Shown: positions 29,208 through 37,601, numbered from the stretch's first letter. The stretch: 55,090 nucleotides of DNA from an uncultured virus (IMG/VR IMGVR_UViG_3300049489_000201) (IMGVR_UViG_3300049489_000201), one strand, 5' to 3'. Notes: generated by a model not told the origin, from the sequence alone. Program-made: numbers and translations.

Positions 29208-30053
29208 ATGACCGTCTACCTTGTGGGTTCTCTAGACGGAGAACCCATTACTTTTGCCCCTAAGCAGGGGCTCTACTCGGACAACACGCCCTGGATGAAG
29301 GGCTACCCTCCGAAGGGGATGCAGATCGATGATGTATTCATCATGCAGTCCTCACTGCAAGACTTTGTTGCATCTATGATGTATGTTCGTGCAGCGCTTA
29401 ACACAATGACAGAAAAGACCCGACTGGTCATCCCATTTTATCCAGGTGCTCGCCAAGATCACCCAAGTACGATTGGTGATGTTCTGGGCACAAAGGGCTT
29501 TGTTACTCAGTGGGTGAATGAATTAGAGCCGTTCTTTGCTGAAATTGTCGTTTTTGACATGCATTCTGAGCGACTCAACCCGCGCAGGCTGCGTAACATC
29601 ACGCCAGCAGAAATCATTGCTGCCAATCCTGGGTTCAACCCGACTCCTGGGTACTATGATACGATCATCGCTCCCGACCATGGTGCAACGGCCAGGGCTG
29701 AGGAAGTGGGCGCTCTGTTCCACACACCAGTGATCGTAGCCGATAAGATCCGTGACCTGTCTAACGGACGTATCACGCACTACGAAATCGATACGTCACA
29801 GACAGAAATGAAAAAAGTACTTGTCGTTGACGATATTTGTGACGGCGGGGCGACATTCGAAATCCTTGCAGATTCTCTGCCGATAGGAACAGAGCGCCAC
29901 CTATTCGTCACACACGGACTATTCAGTCGCGGAACAGATAATTTACTTTCATGGTACGACCGCATCATCACAACCAATAGCGTTTACCGCGAAAGCGGCC
30001 ACAAGCGCATTTCAGTCATCGACCTTTTCCCAGGAGTGAGTTTTAATGTTTAA
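29208..30053 (+). CDS. Ribose-phosphate pyrophosphokinase-like protein (Adps-like)
   Basis: PFYPGARQD, D.HS, APD.GA..RA, VVDDICDGGATF, VTHGLFS. Confidence 0.9.
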   Translation: MTVYLVGSLDGEPITFAPKQGLYSDNTPWMKGYPPKGMQIDDVFIMQSSLQDFVASMMYVRAALNTMTEKTRLVIPFYPGARQDHPSTIGDVLGTKGFVTQWVNELEPFFAEIVVFDMHSERLNPRRLRNITPAEIIAANPGFNPTPGYYDTIIAPDHGATARAEEVGALFHTPVIVADKIRDLSNGRITHYEIDTSQTEMKKVLVVDDICDGGATFEILADSLPIGTERHLFVTHGLFSRGTDNLLSWYDRIITTNSVYRESGHKRISVIDLFPGVSFNV

Positions 30054-31479
30054 CCCTACGACCCTTATCGACGGATACAAGACCGATCACCGTCGACAGT
30101 ACCCCGACAAGACGGAGTACGTATATAGCAATTGGACCCCACGCGGATCGCGCGTGCCAGGAGTAGAGCGAGTCACGCTGTTCGGATTGCAGTATTTCCT
30201 CGACCGCTACCTCATGGACGAATTCTACGAGTTCTTCTCGGGCGACGTTGATATTGCCTGTAAGCGCTACGAGCGTCGCATGAATGGCTACCTTGGCCCT
30301 AACAACATTGGCACCGACCATATCCGTGCGCTGCACGAACTTGGTTACCTACCGCTGGAAATCTGTGCTATTCCTGAGGGTAGCGATGTTCCCCTGCGTG
30401 TGCCTATGCTGACCATTACAAACACGCACCCCGATTTCGGGTGGCTAGTCAACTACATGGAAACTCTGCTGTCCGCACAGTTGTGGCTTCCTTGTACCAG
30501 TGCAACAACCGCTAAGCATTTTCGCAAGCGTTTGGATTACTGGGCTCGTCGTACGGGAACCGACCAGGCGTTTGTTGATTGGCAGGGTCACGACTTCTCG
30601 TTCCGTGGAATGTCTGGCGTCGAGGCTGCTGCGCTTTCTGGCGCTGGTCACCTAATTTCGTTCACAGGAACAGATACAATTCCTGCGCTCGATCTGATTG
30701 AAGATTACTACGCATCATCCGACTTTATCGGTGGATCTGTCGCAGCAACCGAGCACTCGGTTATGTGCGCGGGCGGATCAGAGTCCGAGGGTGAAACATT
30801 CGACCGACTAATGGATCTATACCCAAGTGGTATTCTGTCAGTTGTTTCGGACACCTGGGATTTCTGGGGCGTTCTTACAGATATTCTGCCTGCGCGCAAG
30901 GACAAGATTCTTGCTCGTGACGGCAAACTGGTCATTCGACCTGACTCGGGCGACCCTGTTAAGATCGTTGCTGGTGACCCTGACGCCGTTCCTGGTACGC
31001 CAGAATACTACGGCGCGGTGGAAATGCTGTGGAAGACCTTCGGCGGAACCACAACGGACGCTGGATACAAGTTGCTAGACAGCCACATCGGAGTTATTTA
31101 TGGAGATAGCATTACTTACGAGCGCGGCGATCAGATCCTCGCAGAACTCGCGCGAAAGGGCTTTGCTTCTGGTAACGTTGTATTTGGTATCGGTAGTTAC
31201 ACTTACCAGTACGTCACCCGTGACACCTACGGATTTGCCATGAAGGCTACGTGGGTTCAGATCAACGGCGAAGGTATGGCTATTTTCAAGGATCCGAAGA
31301 CTGATAATGGCCTCAAAAAGTCCGCAAAGGGACGCTTGGCTGTCATCAACGACGAAGTTATTGATGAGGCTACGCCTGAGCAAGAGGCGGTGTCGCAGTT
31401 GCAGCCCGTGTGGCGTAATGGCGAGTTCGTCAACCGTCCGCTGGGCTTTGACGAGGTTCGCAGAAACGCTAGACAGTGA
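30046..31479 (+). CDS. Nicotinamide phosphoribosyltransferase-like protein (NadV/Namat-like)
   Basis: DGYK..H..QYP, HDF.FRG, ATEHSVM, SVVSDTWD, IRPDSGDP, KKSAKG. Confidence 0.95.
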   Translation: MFNPTTLIDGYKTDHRRQYPDKTEYVYSNWTPRGSRVPGVERVTLFGLQYFLDRYLMDEFYEFFSGDVDIACKRYERRMNGYLGPNNIGTDHIRALHELGYLPLEICAIPEGSDVPLRVPMLTITNTHPDFGWLVNYMETLLSAQLWLPCTSATTAKHFRKRLDYWARRTGTDQAFVDWQGHDFSFRGMSGVEAAALSGAGHLISFTGTDTIPALDLIEDYYASSDFIGGSVAATEHSVMCAGGSESEGETFDRLMDLYPSGILSVVSDTWDFWGVLTDILPARKDKILARDGKLVIRPDSGDPVKIVAGDPDAVPGTPEYYGAVEMLWKTFGGTTTDAGYKLLDSHIGVIYGDSITYERGDQILAELARKGFASGNVVFGIGSYTYQYVTRDTYGFAMKATWVQINGEGMAIFKDPKTDNGLKKSAKGRLAVINDEVIDEATPEQEAVSQLQPVWRNGEFVNRPLGFDEVRRNARQ

Positions 31480-31521
31480 CCTTCTGGTCTGCTATACTGT
31501 CCTAGACACATAGGAGGCGAC

Positions 31522-31692
31522 ATGAACGAGGAGCAGGCGCAGATCGCGCTGGCCATCTGTCAGTCCGAGCCATTCGCGTGGCTTATGGCGGGGTCCAACC
31601 ATGTAGACATGCAGTTGGCCGCTCTGCGCCCCGCGTGGGAGCAGTATGTCGAGGCTGGTGGCGGCTACTTCAACCGCTCCAAGCGACAGTAA
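31522..31692 (+). CDS. Small hypothetical protein, 56 aa (absent from ORF track)
   Basis: AGGAGG RBS; promoter TAGACA-N17-TATACT at 31470-31498; followed by a hairpin at 31697-31732. Confidence 0.7.
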   Translation: MNEEQAQIALAICQSEPFAWLMAGSNHVDMQLAALRPAWEQYVEAGGGYFNRSKRQ

Positions 31693-31735
31693 GACCGTGG
31701 TGGGTCTTCGACCAATAGGCTAGACTCACCACTTT

Positions 31736-31803
31736 ACCCCGTCTATAGGACGAGACTTGGGACTTCTAATCCCAAAGGAACGGTTCGATTCCGTTACGGG
31801 GTA
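31736..31803 (+). tRNA. tRNA-Arg(TCT), D-arm-less
   Basis: ACCCCGT/ACGGGGT acceptor; TGGGA-CTTCTAA-TCCCA; perfect T-arm; 15-nt D region. Confidence 0.75.
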
Positions 31804-31805
31804 CT

Positions 31806-31926
31806 GGGTACGCCGAGGCTGTTAGTTGCAACTAGCATCGGGTGATTTTACAGATAAGTGCGCGAGGCTAGCGCAAACTGTCTGCATTTGAGCGGTCAAT
31901 CTATGCCAGACGACCTTTACCCGCCA
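31806..31926 (+). ncRNA. Unknown multi-hairpin RNA ending GCCA
   Basis: GGGTA/TACCC closes three hairpins. Confidence 0.5.
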
Positions 31927-31993
31927 GCCGCCAATAAGGATATAGCCCGTCCCTCCGAAGGATGAGTTCAGAGTTCGATTCTCTGTGGTGGCA
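31927..31993 (+). tRNA. tRNA-Arg(CCG), D-arm-less
   Basis: GCCGCCA/TGGTGGC; CGTCC-CTCCGAA-GGATG; T-arm CAGAG-TTCGATT-CTCTG; 14-nt D region. Confidence 0.75.
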
Positions 31994-32089
31994 CAATGAA
32001 GATATACTAAAACTCCGTAAAATGCGATGCCCAGGACGCCGGGTTGGATATTAGTATAAATTCAGGGGCGGGTTGCAAACCGTCCACAT

Positions 32090-32155
32090 GCCGCGTGTAA
32101 GGAACGAAGCAGGTTTCCTAAACCAGCCTATCGGGTTCGATTCCCGAACGTGGCA
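32090..32155 (+). tRNA. tRNA-Arg(CCT), D-arm-less
   Basis: GCCGCGT/ACGTGGC; loop TTCCTAA; T-arm TCGGG-TTCGATT-CCCGA; 13-nt D region. Confidence 0.72.
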
Positions 32156-32156
32156 C

Positions 32157-32336
32157 ATGGATAAGTGGTGTGGTGACCCACGAGACCATTTACGGCACCC
32201 TAATGTGTCGTGGTGGTTCGGTGAGAGTTACGTGAGCAAGACTAGTTTTTGTCCCGGCGTTGAGTCTATATATCGTTGGTATGAAGGACCGGAAGACGAA
32301 AACGAGCCAGCATTCTTTAGGGAGAAAAGTGCTTAA
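32157..32336 (+). CDS. Hypothetical protein
   Basis: ATG directly after the tRNA; no RBS. Confidence 0.45.
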   Translation: MDKWCGDPRDHLRHPNVSWWFGESYVSKTSFCPGVESIYRWYEGPEDENEPAFFREKSA

Positions 32337-32670
32337 AGACGAAATTCTCGACGTAAAATACGAGGTTGTTCTCCAAGAGCAATCATACACCGACAATGAA
32401 TACGGCGACTGGATAGAAGGGCAGACCAAGGTACTTGCCTCCTATAAGGACCGTGCGGAGGCGCAAGCCCACCTAGATGAAGCAAATGAATTCATCGAGA
32501 AGACAAAGAAAAAGTATCGTGGTAAGATATCATACTTTATTAGGCCCATGTACCTGCGTGAACATGTTACGCTGATATGGACTCAATCAAACAAATCAGA
32601 GGCAGAAACGCAGGCCGCACTGGCTAAGTTGTTCCCGCCCAAGGTTCTACCAACTAGAAACGTAGGTTAA
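32329..32670 (+). CDS. Hypothetical protein
   Basis: GTG start with GGAG RBS. Confidence 0.65.
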   Translation: MLKDEILDVKYEVVLQEQSYTDNEYGDWIEGQTKVLASYKDRAEAQAHLDEANEFIEKTKKKYRGKISYFIRPMYLREHVTLIWTQSNKSEAETQAALAKLFPPKVLPTRNVG

Positions 32671-32671
32671 A

Positions 32672-32914
32672 ATGTCAGACCTTTCTAAGCAGTACGAAAG
32701 CCTAACTAAGCCTAAGAACGTGGGGCTCGCTGGCTTTGCAGTCCTACTCGTCATTGGGCTTGCTATTTTCTTCTTCCAGGCATGGATTCTTATGCTTATC
32801 CTGGGAGGGCTATCAACATTTACCGCCATCCCCGCCCTAGGTTATGGGCAGACTATGCTAGTGGTTTTATTCTTGAACGTCATTGCCGGAATTTTCCGGG
32901 GCATTAGGAGTTAA
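32672..32914 (+). CDS. Membrane protein
   Basis: 2-3 TM segments. Confidence 0.7.
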   Translation: MSDLSKQYESLTKPKNVGLAGFAVLLVIGLAIFFFQAWILMLILGGLSTFTAIPALGYGQTMLVVLFLNVIAGIFRGIRS

Positions 32915-32915
32915 C

Positions 32916-33350
32916 ATGAAGCACTACAAGGCAATTTTCGAGGGTTACGAAAAAGTAACCCGCGACGCTGACCCTGACGACCGTTGGGATCGTGACGACA
33001 CTACGTTTGTTTTGACACGCATTCGTGTCGAGCCTAGCGATGAGCCACAGGCAAACAACGTGTGGGGCTACGACCGCGTGTTTGATTTCAGCGTTCCTGA
33101 CGACGTGACCAAGGTATATCTCGTCTATGCTGAATATGGCACGGGCGATACCTTCGGTAACGACGACGGCCAGATTGTTGCTTTTGAGGCTTTCACGGAA
33201 GAATTTCAGGCAGACTATCTGGCACAGCGCCTGCGCGAAGCCACAGGATTCTCACTGCCGAACGACCACGGCGAGGACTACTACATTCCGTGGAACGGTT
33301 ATTTTGAGACGCTGAACGAAGTCAGGGTCGCAGAACTTTCGCTTTTTTAA
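32916..33350 (+). CDS. Hypothetical protein
   Basis: AGGAG RBS; Y.TGD.FG and W.GYFE.L motifs. Confidence 0.75.
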   Translation: MKHYKAIFEGYEKVTRDADPDDRWDRDDTTFVLTRIRVEPSDEPQANNVWGYDRVFDFSVPDDVTKVYLVYAEYGTGDTFGNDDGQIVAFEAFTEEFQADYLAQRLREATGFSLPNDHGEDYYIPWNGYFETLNEVRVAELSLF

Positions 33351-33403
33351 ATTCCGCGTGCTACAATTAGGTGTTCTAGAACATTTGATTGAGGTGATTA
33401 TAA

Positions 33404-33562
33404 ATGCCGAACGAAACCGCGTTGCAGCGTCGTCAGCGCACAGTTGACGCACAGTCTACAGAGCGCAAGAATCGTGCTTACAAGTTCATCGGTCAGACCC
33501 GCGCACAGCGTGAGTTTGTCGACAGTAACACGAGCCTTTGGACACTTGTCCAGACTCTCTAA
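33404..33562 (+). CDS. Small basic protein, 52 aa (absent from ORF track)
   Basis: GAGGTGA RBS; TGcTACAAT promoter; followed by hairpin. Confidence 0.65.
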   Translation: MPNETALQRRQRTVDAQSTERKNRAYKFIGQTRAQREFVDSNTSLWTLVQTL

Positions 33563-33580
33563 CCGAACAACAACTTAATA

Positions 33581-33609
33581 GGCAGGGCGATCTTCGGACC
33601 GCCTTTGCC
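33581..33609 (+). terminator. UUCG hairpin, probable terminator
   Basis: GGCAGGGCGATC-TTCG-GACCGCCTTTGCC. Confidence 0.5.
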
Positions 33610-33610
33610 A

Positions 33611-33639
33611 TTGACACCGAAGCCGTGACACGCTATACT
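33611..33639 (+). promoter_or_regulatory. SigA-type promoter
   Basis: TTGACA-N17-TATACT. Confidence 0.8.
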
Positions 33640-33698
33640 TGGTGGATCAGGGAAGCAGAGGAGTGGGCTGGTCACCTCTTTAAAAACGCGCCTACCAT

Positions 33699-33772
33699 GG
33701 CCCTGTACCAGAATTGGCATATGGACTCGACTCAAAATCGAGGGTTTGTGGGTTCGACTCCCACCTGGGCTA
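33699..33772 (+). tRNA. tRNA-Leu(CAA), short variable arm
   Basis: CTCGA-CTCAAAA-TCGAG. Confidence 0.85.
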
Positions 33773-33773
33773 C

Positions 33774-33868
33774 TTGGACGAGAAAAACGCGGTAAGTATA
33801 CGTGGCGCGTGGCGGAAAGGAACAGCCGCCTGGGTCTGGAATTGCACCCAACAGCCTCGTCCAAACCA
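33774..33868 (+). ncRNA. Unknown four-way-junction RNA ending ACCA
   Basis: 9-bp TTGGACGAG/CTCGTCCAA closes three 5-bp hairpins. Confidence 0.6.
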
Positions 33869-33869
33869 T

Positions 33870-33942
33870 GGCCTCTTATCCCAGCGGCAGAGGAAAGCGG
33901 CTTAAACCCGCTCAAGCATCGGTTCGAATCCGATAGGGGCTA
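33870..33942 (+). tRNA. tRNA-Leu(TAA), short variable arm
   Basis: AGCGG-CTTAAAC-CCGCT. Confidence 0.88.
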
Positions 33943-33960
33943 CTTAACAAAGGATTATAT

Positions 33961-34140
33961 ATGCGACCACATGAAATCGCTTGCAGTCTATTCGTCAAAC
34001 TCCAAGACATGGAAGACGTGCAGCGCGCATTCACATATAAGACAGAGTGGTTCGGCGGGGATGCAGTGCTCCTACACGTCACAGATACCATGAAGAATAC
34101 AACAGAAACGTTCGCCCTATTTGTGGGCTCAAAAGTATAA
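33961..34140 (+). CDS. Small hypothetical protein, 59 aa (absent from ORF track)
   Basis: AAGGA RBS; MRPHEIACSLF... Confidence 0.6.
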   Translation: MRPHEIACSLFVKLQDMEDVQRAFTYKTEWFGGDAVLLHVTDTMKNTTETFALFVGSKV

Positions 34141-34174
34141 CGTGATAGAATAACAATCTACGATTAGGAGACTG

Positions 34175-34921
34175 ATGACTTACCCTGAGTTCCAACTTCT
34201 AGAGGCCCCCGCAGATGCCTCGCCGGAACAGATCAAGGATATCGTCGCTGCCAATACAGCGATCCTTGACTACCGACAGAAGATCGATGACTTAGAAATT
34301 GACGTGCTAGAGCGTCAAAAGACCAAGATCGATCTAGAGGTAGCAGAAATCGAACTGGCTAAGAAAAAGCACTGGGCCAGCAGAGACGTAGACGCATACC
34401 GCTACCGTAGCGGCGTCTTCACGCTTTATGACTACGTAGATGATTACTCGTGCAAGCAGGTCATCAACGACATTACCGTGTGGCACAGCATTACGCCTAA
34501 GGGCACGCCACTGCAACTAAACATCAATTCATACGGTGGCTCTGTTACTGATGGTTTCGCGCTATTCGATACGCTACGTTACGTCGCGGAAGATGGTGAC
34601 CGTAAGGTCAAGACTGTCAACCTCGGTGTTGCTGCTTCGATGGGTGGAATTCTGTTGCAGGCTGGTGACGAGCGTGTCGTTACCCCGTCCAGCATTCTGA
34701 TGATCCACGAGGTTTCGTACGGTGTTGGTGGCTCCGCTGCCCGTCACCGTGACACAATGGACATGTCCGACATTCTGGCCGCTCGCATAATCGAGGTATT
34801 TTCAGAGCGTTCGAACCTGACGCCAGATGAATTCAAAGACAAGTGGGATCGCCGCGACTGGTGGCTGTCCGCTGCTGATGCACTTAAGTTCGGCTTCGCT
34901 GACCGCGTAGCCTTCTCGTGA
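34175..34921 (+). CDS. clpP: ClpP-like protease with N-terminal coiled-coil extension
   Basis: INSYGGSV.DG.A.FD, G.AASMG, LMIHE, RDWWLSA.DAL.FG.AD. Confidence 0.92.
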   Translation: MTYPEFQLLEAPADASPEQIKDIVAANTAILDYRQKIDDLEIDVLERQKTKIDLEVAEIELAKKKHWASRDVDAYRYRSGVFTLYDYVDDYSCKQVINDITVWHSITPKGTPLQLNINSYGGSVTDGFALFDTLRYVAEDGDRKVKTVNLGVAASMGGILLQAGDERVVTPSSILMIHEVSYGVGGSAARHRDTMDMSDILAARIIEVFSERSNLTPDEFKDKWDRRDWWLSAADALKFGFADRVAFS

Positions 34922-35026
34922 CAAGACTGGCCGAGCATCGGGTAAGGGCGGGACTCAAAGCAAAGATGCTGACACTCCCAGCCGCCAGGTCTTGACGCAC
35001 CAACTACCAACTGATAGGATGCTTGC

Positions 35027-35230
35027 ATGAAGATCAAGAACAAAGACATTTATTCGACAGATCAGGCTTGGCTTGATACAATTGCAGAGGAGTACGAATC
35101 CGCTGGCTTTTCAGTGGTCAAGGCTCCTGGCAAACTGACTGTGCTGGCAATCAAGCCGCGCAAGCAGAAGCCAAAGGAAGATCAGAAGTCTACTCGCAGG
35201 CCCACCAAGCGACCTGGTGCACGCGAGTAA
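35027..35230 (+). CDS. Hypothetical protein
   Basis: Leaderless; TTGACG-N17-TAGGAT-N6-ATG. Confidence 0.65.
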   Translation: MKIKNKDIYSTDQAWLDTIAEEYESAGFSVVKAPGKLTVLAIKPRKQKPKEDQKSTRRPTKRPGARE

Positions 35231-35236
35231 CATAAT

Positions 35237-35324
35237 GGAATAGTCACCCGACAGTTGGCACCGGGGCCTCTTTGCTAAAGAGAGTGGGCGCAAGCCCGTG
35301 CAGGATCATCCCCTGTCTATTCCG
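35237..35324 (+). tRNA. tRNA-Ser(GCT), atypical T-loop
   Basis: GGAATAG/CTATTCC-G; loop TTGCTAA; long variable arm; T-loop ATCATCC. Confidence 0.75.
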
Positions 35325-35328
35325 CTCC

Positions 35329-35666
35329 GGGGACGCAAGGTATCGATCTTGTGTTTGAGGTATAAAGTGGCAGTCGGTTCGGTTGACCTAATCAACCAAC
35401 AAAATAATAAATGCAAACGAAGATGCAGTCGTAGCCGAGGCTATGGCTAATATCGACGCTGAGTACGAGGCGCTTTGCGCCAAGTACGCACTGGCAACAG
35501 TATAAGCGTCCGAGCGGCAACTGCTTAGGAACAGAAAGTTGCAAACCGCCTGAGAGGGCACCCTGTAATGCCAGCACTAAAGTAATACCGGGGGCGGATA
35601 CCCATGACTGTATCTACAGAATATCGATTAACAAGACACGCGGGTTCGACTCCCGCCGTCTCCACC
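35329..35666 (+). ncRNA. ssrA: tmRNA
   Basis: GGGGACG/CGTCTCC-A acceptor with G3-U70; T-arm; resume codon after ATAAAT; tag ORF 35413-35505. Confidence 0.93.
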
Positions 35667-35681
35667 TAGAAAGGCACAGCA

Positions 35682-36008
35682 ATGTATGAGGTAACTACAT
35701 ATAGCGGTACAGTGCATTTGTTCGACACGGAAAACAAACTACACATGCGTAATTCAACGCGCGATCTCGGCCTTAGGGCCGATGGTCAGTGGTCTGCCTA
35801 TACCGATCTTGGTGTGGCAAATACTCCCGAGGGTGACTGCCTGCTGGTTCGCTATACAAATGGCGAGTGGCTTGCCACCTCACTTGTTCGATCCGTGAAA
35901 CTAGACGGCGTTGAAACTGATTTCATAGTCCTTGGGCCAGCCTTTCTAGCGGGGGTAAACGAAAAGCATGACGCCATACAGGTAAGGAAGTATAGCCGTA
36001 ATGCGTAG
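35682..36008 (+). CDS. Hypothetical protein
   Basis: GAAAGG RBS, 108 aa. Confidence 0.7.
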   Translation: MYEVTTYSGTVHLFDTENKLHMRNSTRDLGLRADGQWSAYTDLGVANTPEGDCLLVRYTNGEWLATSLVRSVKLDGVETDFIVLGPAFLAGVNEKHDAIQVRKYSRNA

Positions 36009-36279
36009 GCAAATCGACACCGACCGAGTTTATCGGGTGATTGAGACATACGACTTCATTATAAACGGAATGGCTACGCCTAGGCGTAGTGTTATGGGGC
36101 CATATCTTAAGATCGGTGCGGCCAAAGGCGTTCGCACCAATCAGATCAACATGTATAACCTATGGCATGACCCGAACAATCCGCGCTCTGTTACACAAAA
36201 TCGATCACCAATGGTGTCGTACCATAACTATGAATGTTACATCGAGATTTCAGACCCGCTGGTCTGGACCAGAGTTTAA
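36001..36279 (+). CDS. Hypothetical protein
   Basis: AAGGA RBS, 92 aa. Confidence 0.65.
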   Translation: MRRQIDTDRVYRVIETYDFIINGMATPRRSVMGPYLKIGAAKGVRTNQINMYNLWHDPNNPRSVTQNRSPMVSYHNYECYIEISDPLVWTRV

Positions 36280-36287
36280 GGATAAAC

Positions 36288-36917
36288 ATGAGGCACAAGT
36301 TAAGACTGACCATCGACTTCGATGATTTCTTCGTGACCTCCGACAACCACTTTGGTCACAATATGATGGCTCAGACCATTCGTAAGTTCAACAGCACTGA
36401 GGCTCACGACCAGTTTATGGTCAATCAGTGGAACGCTCGCGTATCGCCCAGCCAGACTGTTCTGGCGCTAGGAGACTGGTCTTTCCTCAATGTTGAGCGG
36501 ACCCAGCGCATCATGGATCAATTAAACGGCACCATATTTATCGTGCCAGGAAACCACGATGACTCGCGTAGATTGGCCAAGTGGTTCCCCGAGCGCGTGC
36601 TGCCAGAAATGACCAACGTTCGACTGACTGATCCAAATAACGGTGAAAAATTGTCGTTCGTTGCCTGTCACTACCCGTTGGCAGCCTGGGACGGCTCTGA
36701 CAAGGGCTCACTGCATTTGCACGGTCACTTGCACAGCGTTGGAAACGAAGTTTCGCACCATTTCTGTGCGCCTTACCAGGGCGCGGGAAACAGGTTTGAC
36801 GTAGGTATTGACAACGCTGGTTGGTTCGGGTATCCTAGTGGTCCAGTTCCTATCCGGGCGGTCATCAGAGAGCATGAGCGTCGGCGGGAAGCATGGAGAC
36901 AACTAAATGAAGCATGA
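36288..36917 (+). CDS. Metallophosphoesterase
   Basis: SD.HFGH, LGD, GNHD, HYP, HGHLH, DVG.D. Confidence 0.9.
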   Translation: MRHKLRLTIDFDDFFVTSDNHFGHNMMAQTIRKFNSTEAHDQFMVNQWNARVSPSQTVLALGDWSFLNVERTQRIMDQLNGTIFIVPGNHDDSRRLAKWFPERVLPEMTNVRLTDPNNGEKLSFVACHYPLAAWDGSDKGSLHLHGHLHSVGNEVSHHFCAPYQGAGNRFDVGIDNAGWFGYPSGPVPIRAVIREHERRREAWRQLNEA

Positions 36918-37069
36918 TTTTGTACGAGACGATAGTGTTTGGCAGGAAGATCCACATGACGCATGGTATAAATGTCGTCGTTGCGGTGAGGCTGAATGGC
37001 GCTGTTGTTGGTACGACATGGAGACGGAAGAATGTCCTTCCAGTCAAATGGAGTTATTTTGATGACTAA
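36914..37069 (+). CDS. Small hypothetical protein, 51 aa
   Basis: ATGA overlap on the left, short overlap with the next start. Confidence 0.4.
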   Translation: MILYETIVFGRKIHMTHGINVVVAVRLNGAVVGTTWRRKNVLPVKWSYFDD

Positions 37070-37463
37070 GATATACGACGACATGTATAATGAGCATGAA
37101 TATGTCGTCGTAGTTCCACCTGGTGATACAGAAAAATGGCCAATTGATGTGGCTGTGCTTCCAATTCTTAGCGACCTATGGTCAAACGGAATTCTAACTA
37201 GGGCTAGTTGCCAAGGTGGACCGTGCGAGTATGTTGATGAAGATATGGAAGGCTATATCTACTTCGATGATTCGGTAAAAGACCTACGGCCCGCTATTGC
37301 AATTATGAAACGCAATGGATTAAAAAACTTACGAGTGAAGCGTTTAGACGGTGGCATAATGGGCAAGTTTACCGAGTCTCCGCGAGGTCGGGTCGCTAAG
37401 TCACCAAACTTTACCCGGTGGCTCGTTACCTTTGACTCGATTGGTCTTGACGGAAACAACTGA
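37062..37463 (+). CDS. Hypothetical protein
   Basis: ID....PI...LW..GI.T..SCQG motif; GGAG RBS. Confidence 0.7.
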   Translation: MTKIYDDMYNEHEYVVVVPPGDTEKWPIDVAVLPILSDLWSNGILTRASCQGGPCEYVDEDMEGYIYFDDSVKDLRPAIAIMKRNGLKNLRVKRLDGGIMGKFTESPRGRVAKSPNFTRWLVTFDSIGLDGNN

Positions 37464-37475
37464 TCGTGCTATACT
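37447..37475 (+). promoter_or_regulatory. SigA-type promoter
   Basis: TTGACG-N17-TATACT with TG. Confidence 0.8.
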
Positions 37476-37530
37476 TGTGTTCACGACACGAGCGAGAGGG
37501 TGGATGCAACCTCTTTAAAAACATCCACAT

Positions 37531-37601
37531 ACCCCGGTCGTCTAACGGCAGGACGGTGGGTTTTGGTCCCACCTATCGAGGTTCGAATCCTTGCTGGGGT
37601 G
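37531..37601 (+). tRNA. tRNA-Gln(TTG)
   Basis: GTGGG-TTTTGGT-CCCAC. Confidence 0.9.

Noticed and set aside
33538..34093. ORF-track ORFs across tRNA/ncRNA regions (also 37466-37712, 40797-41048, 45767-46097)
   Set aside because: They overlap well-formed RNA genes and lack translation signals
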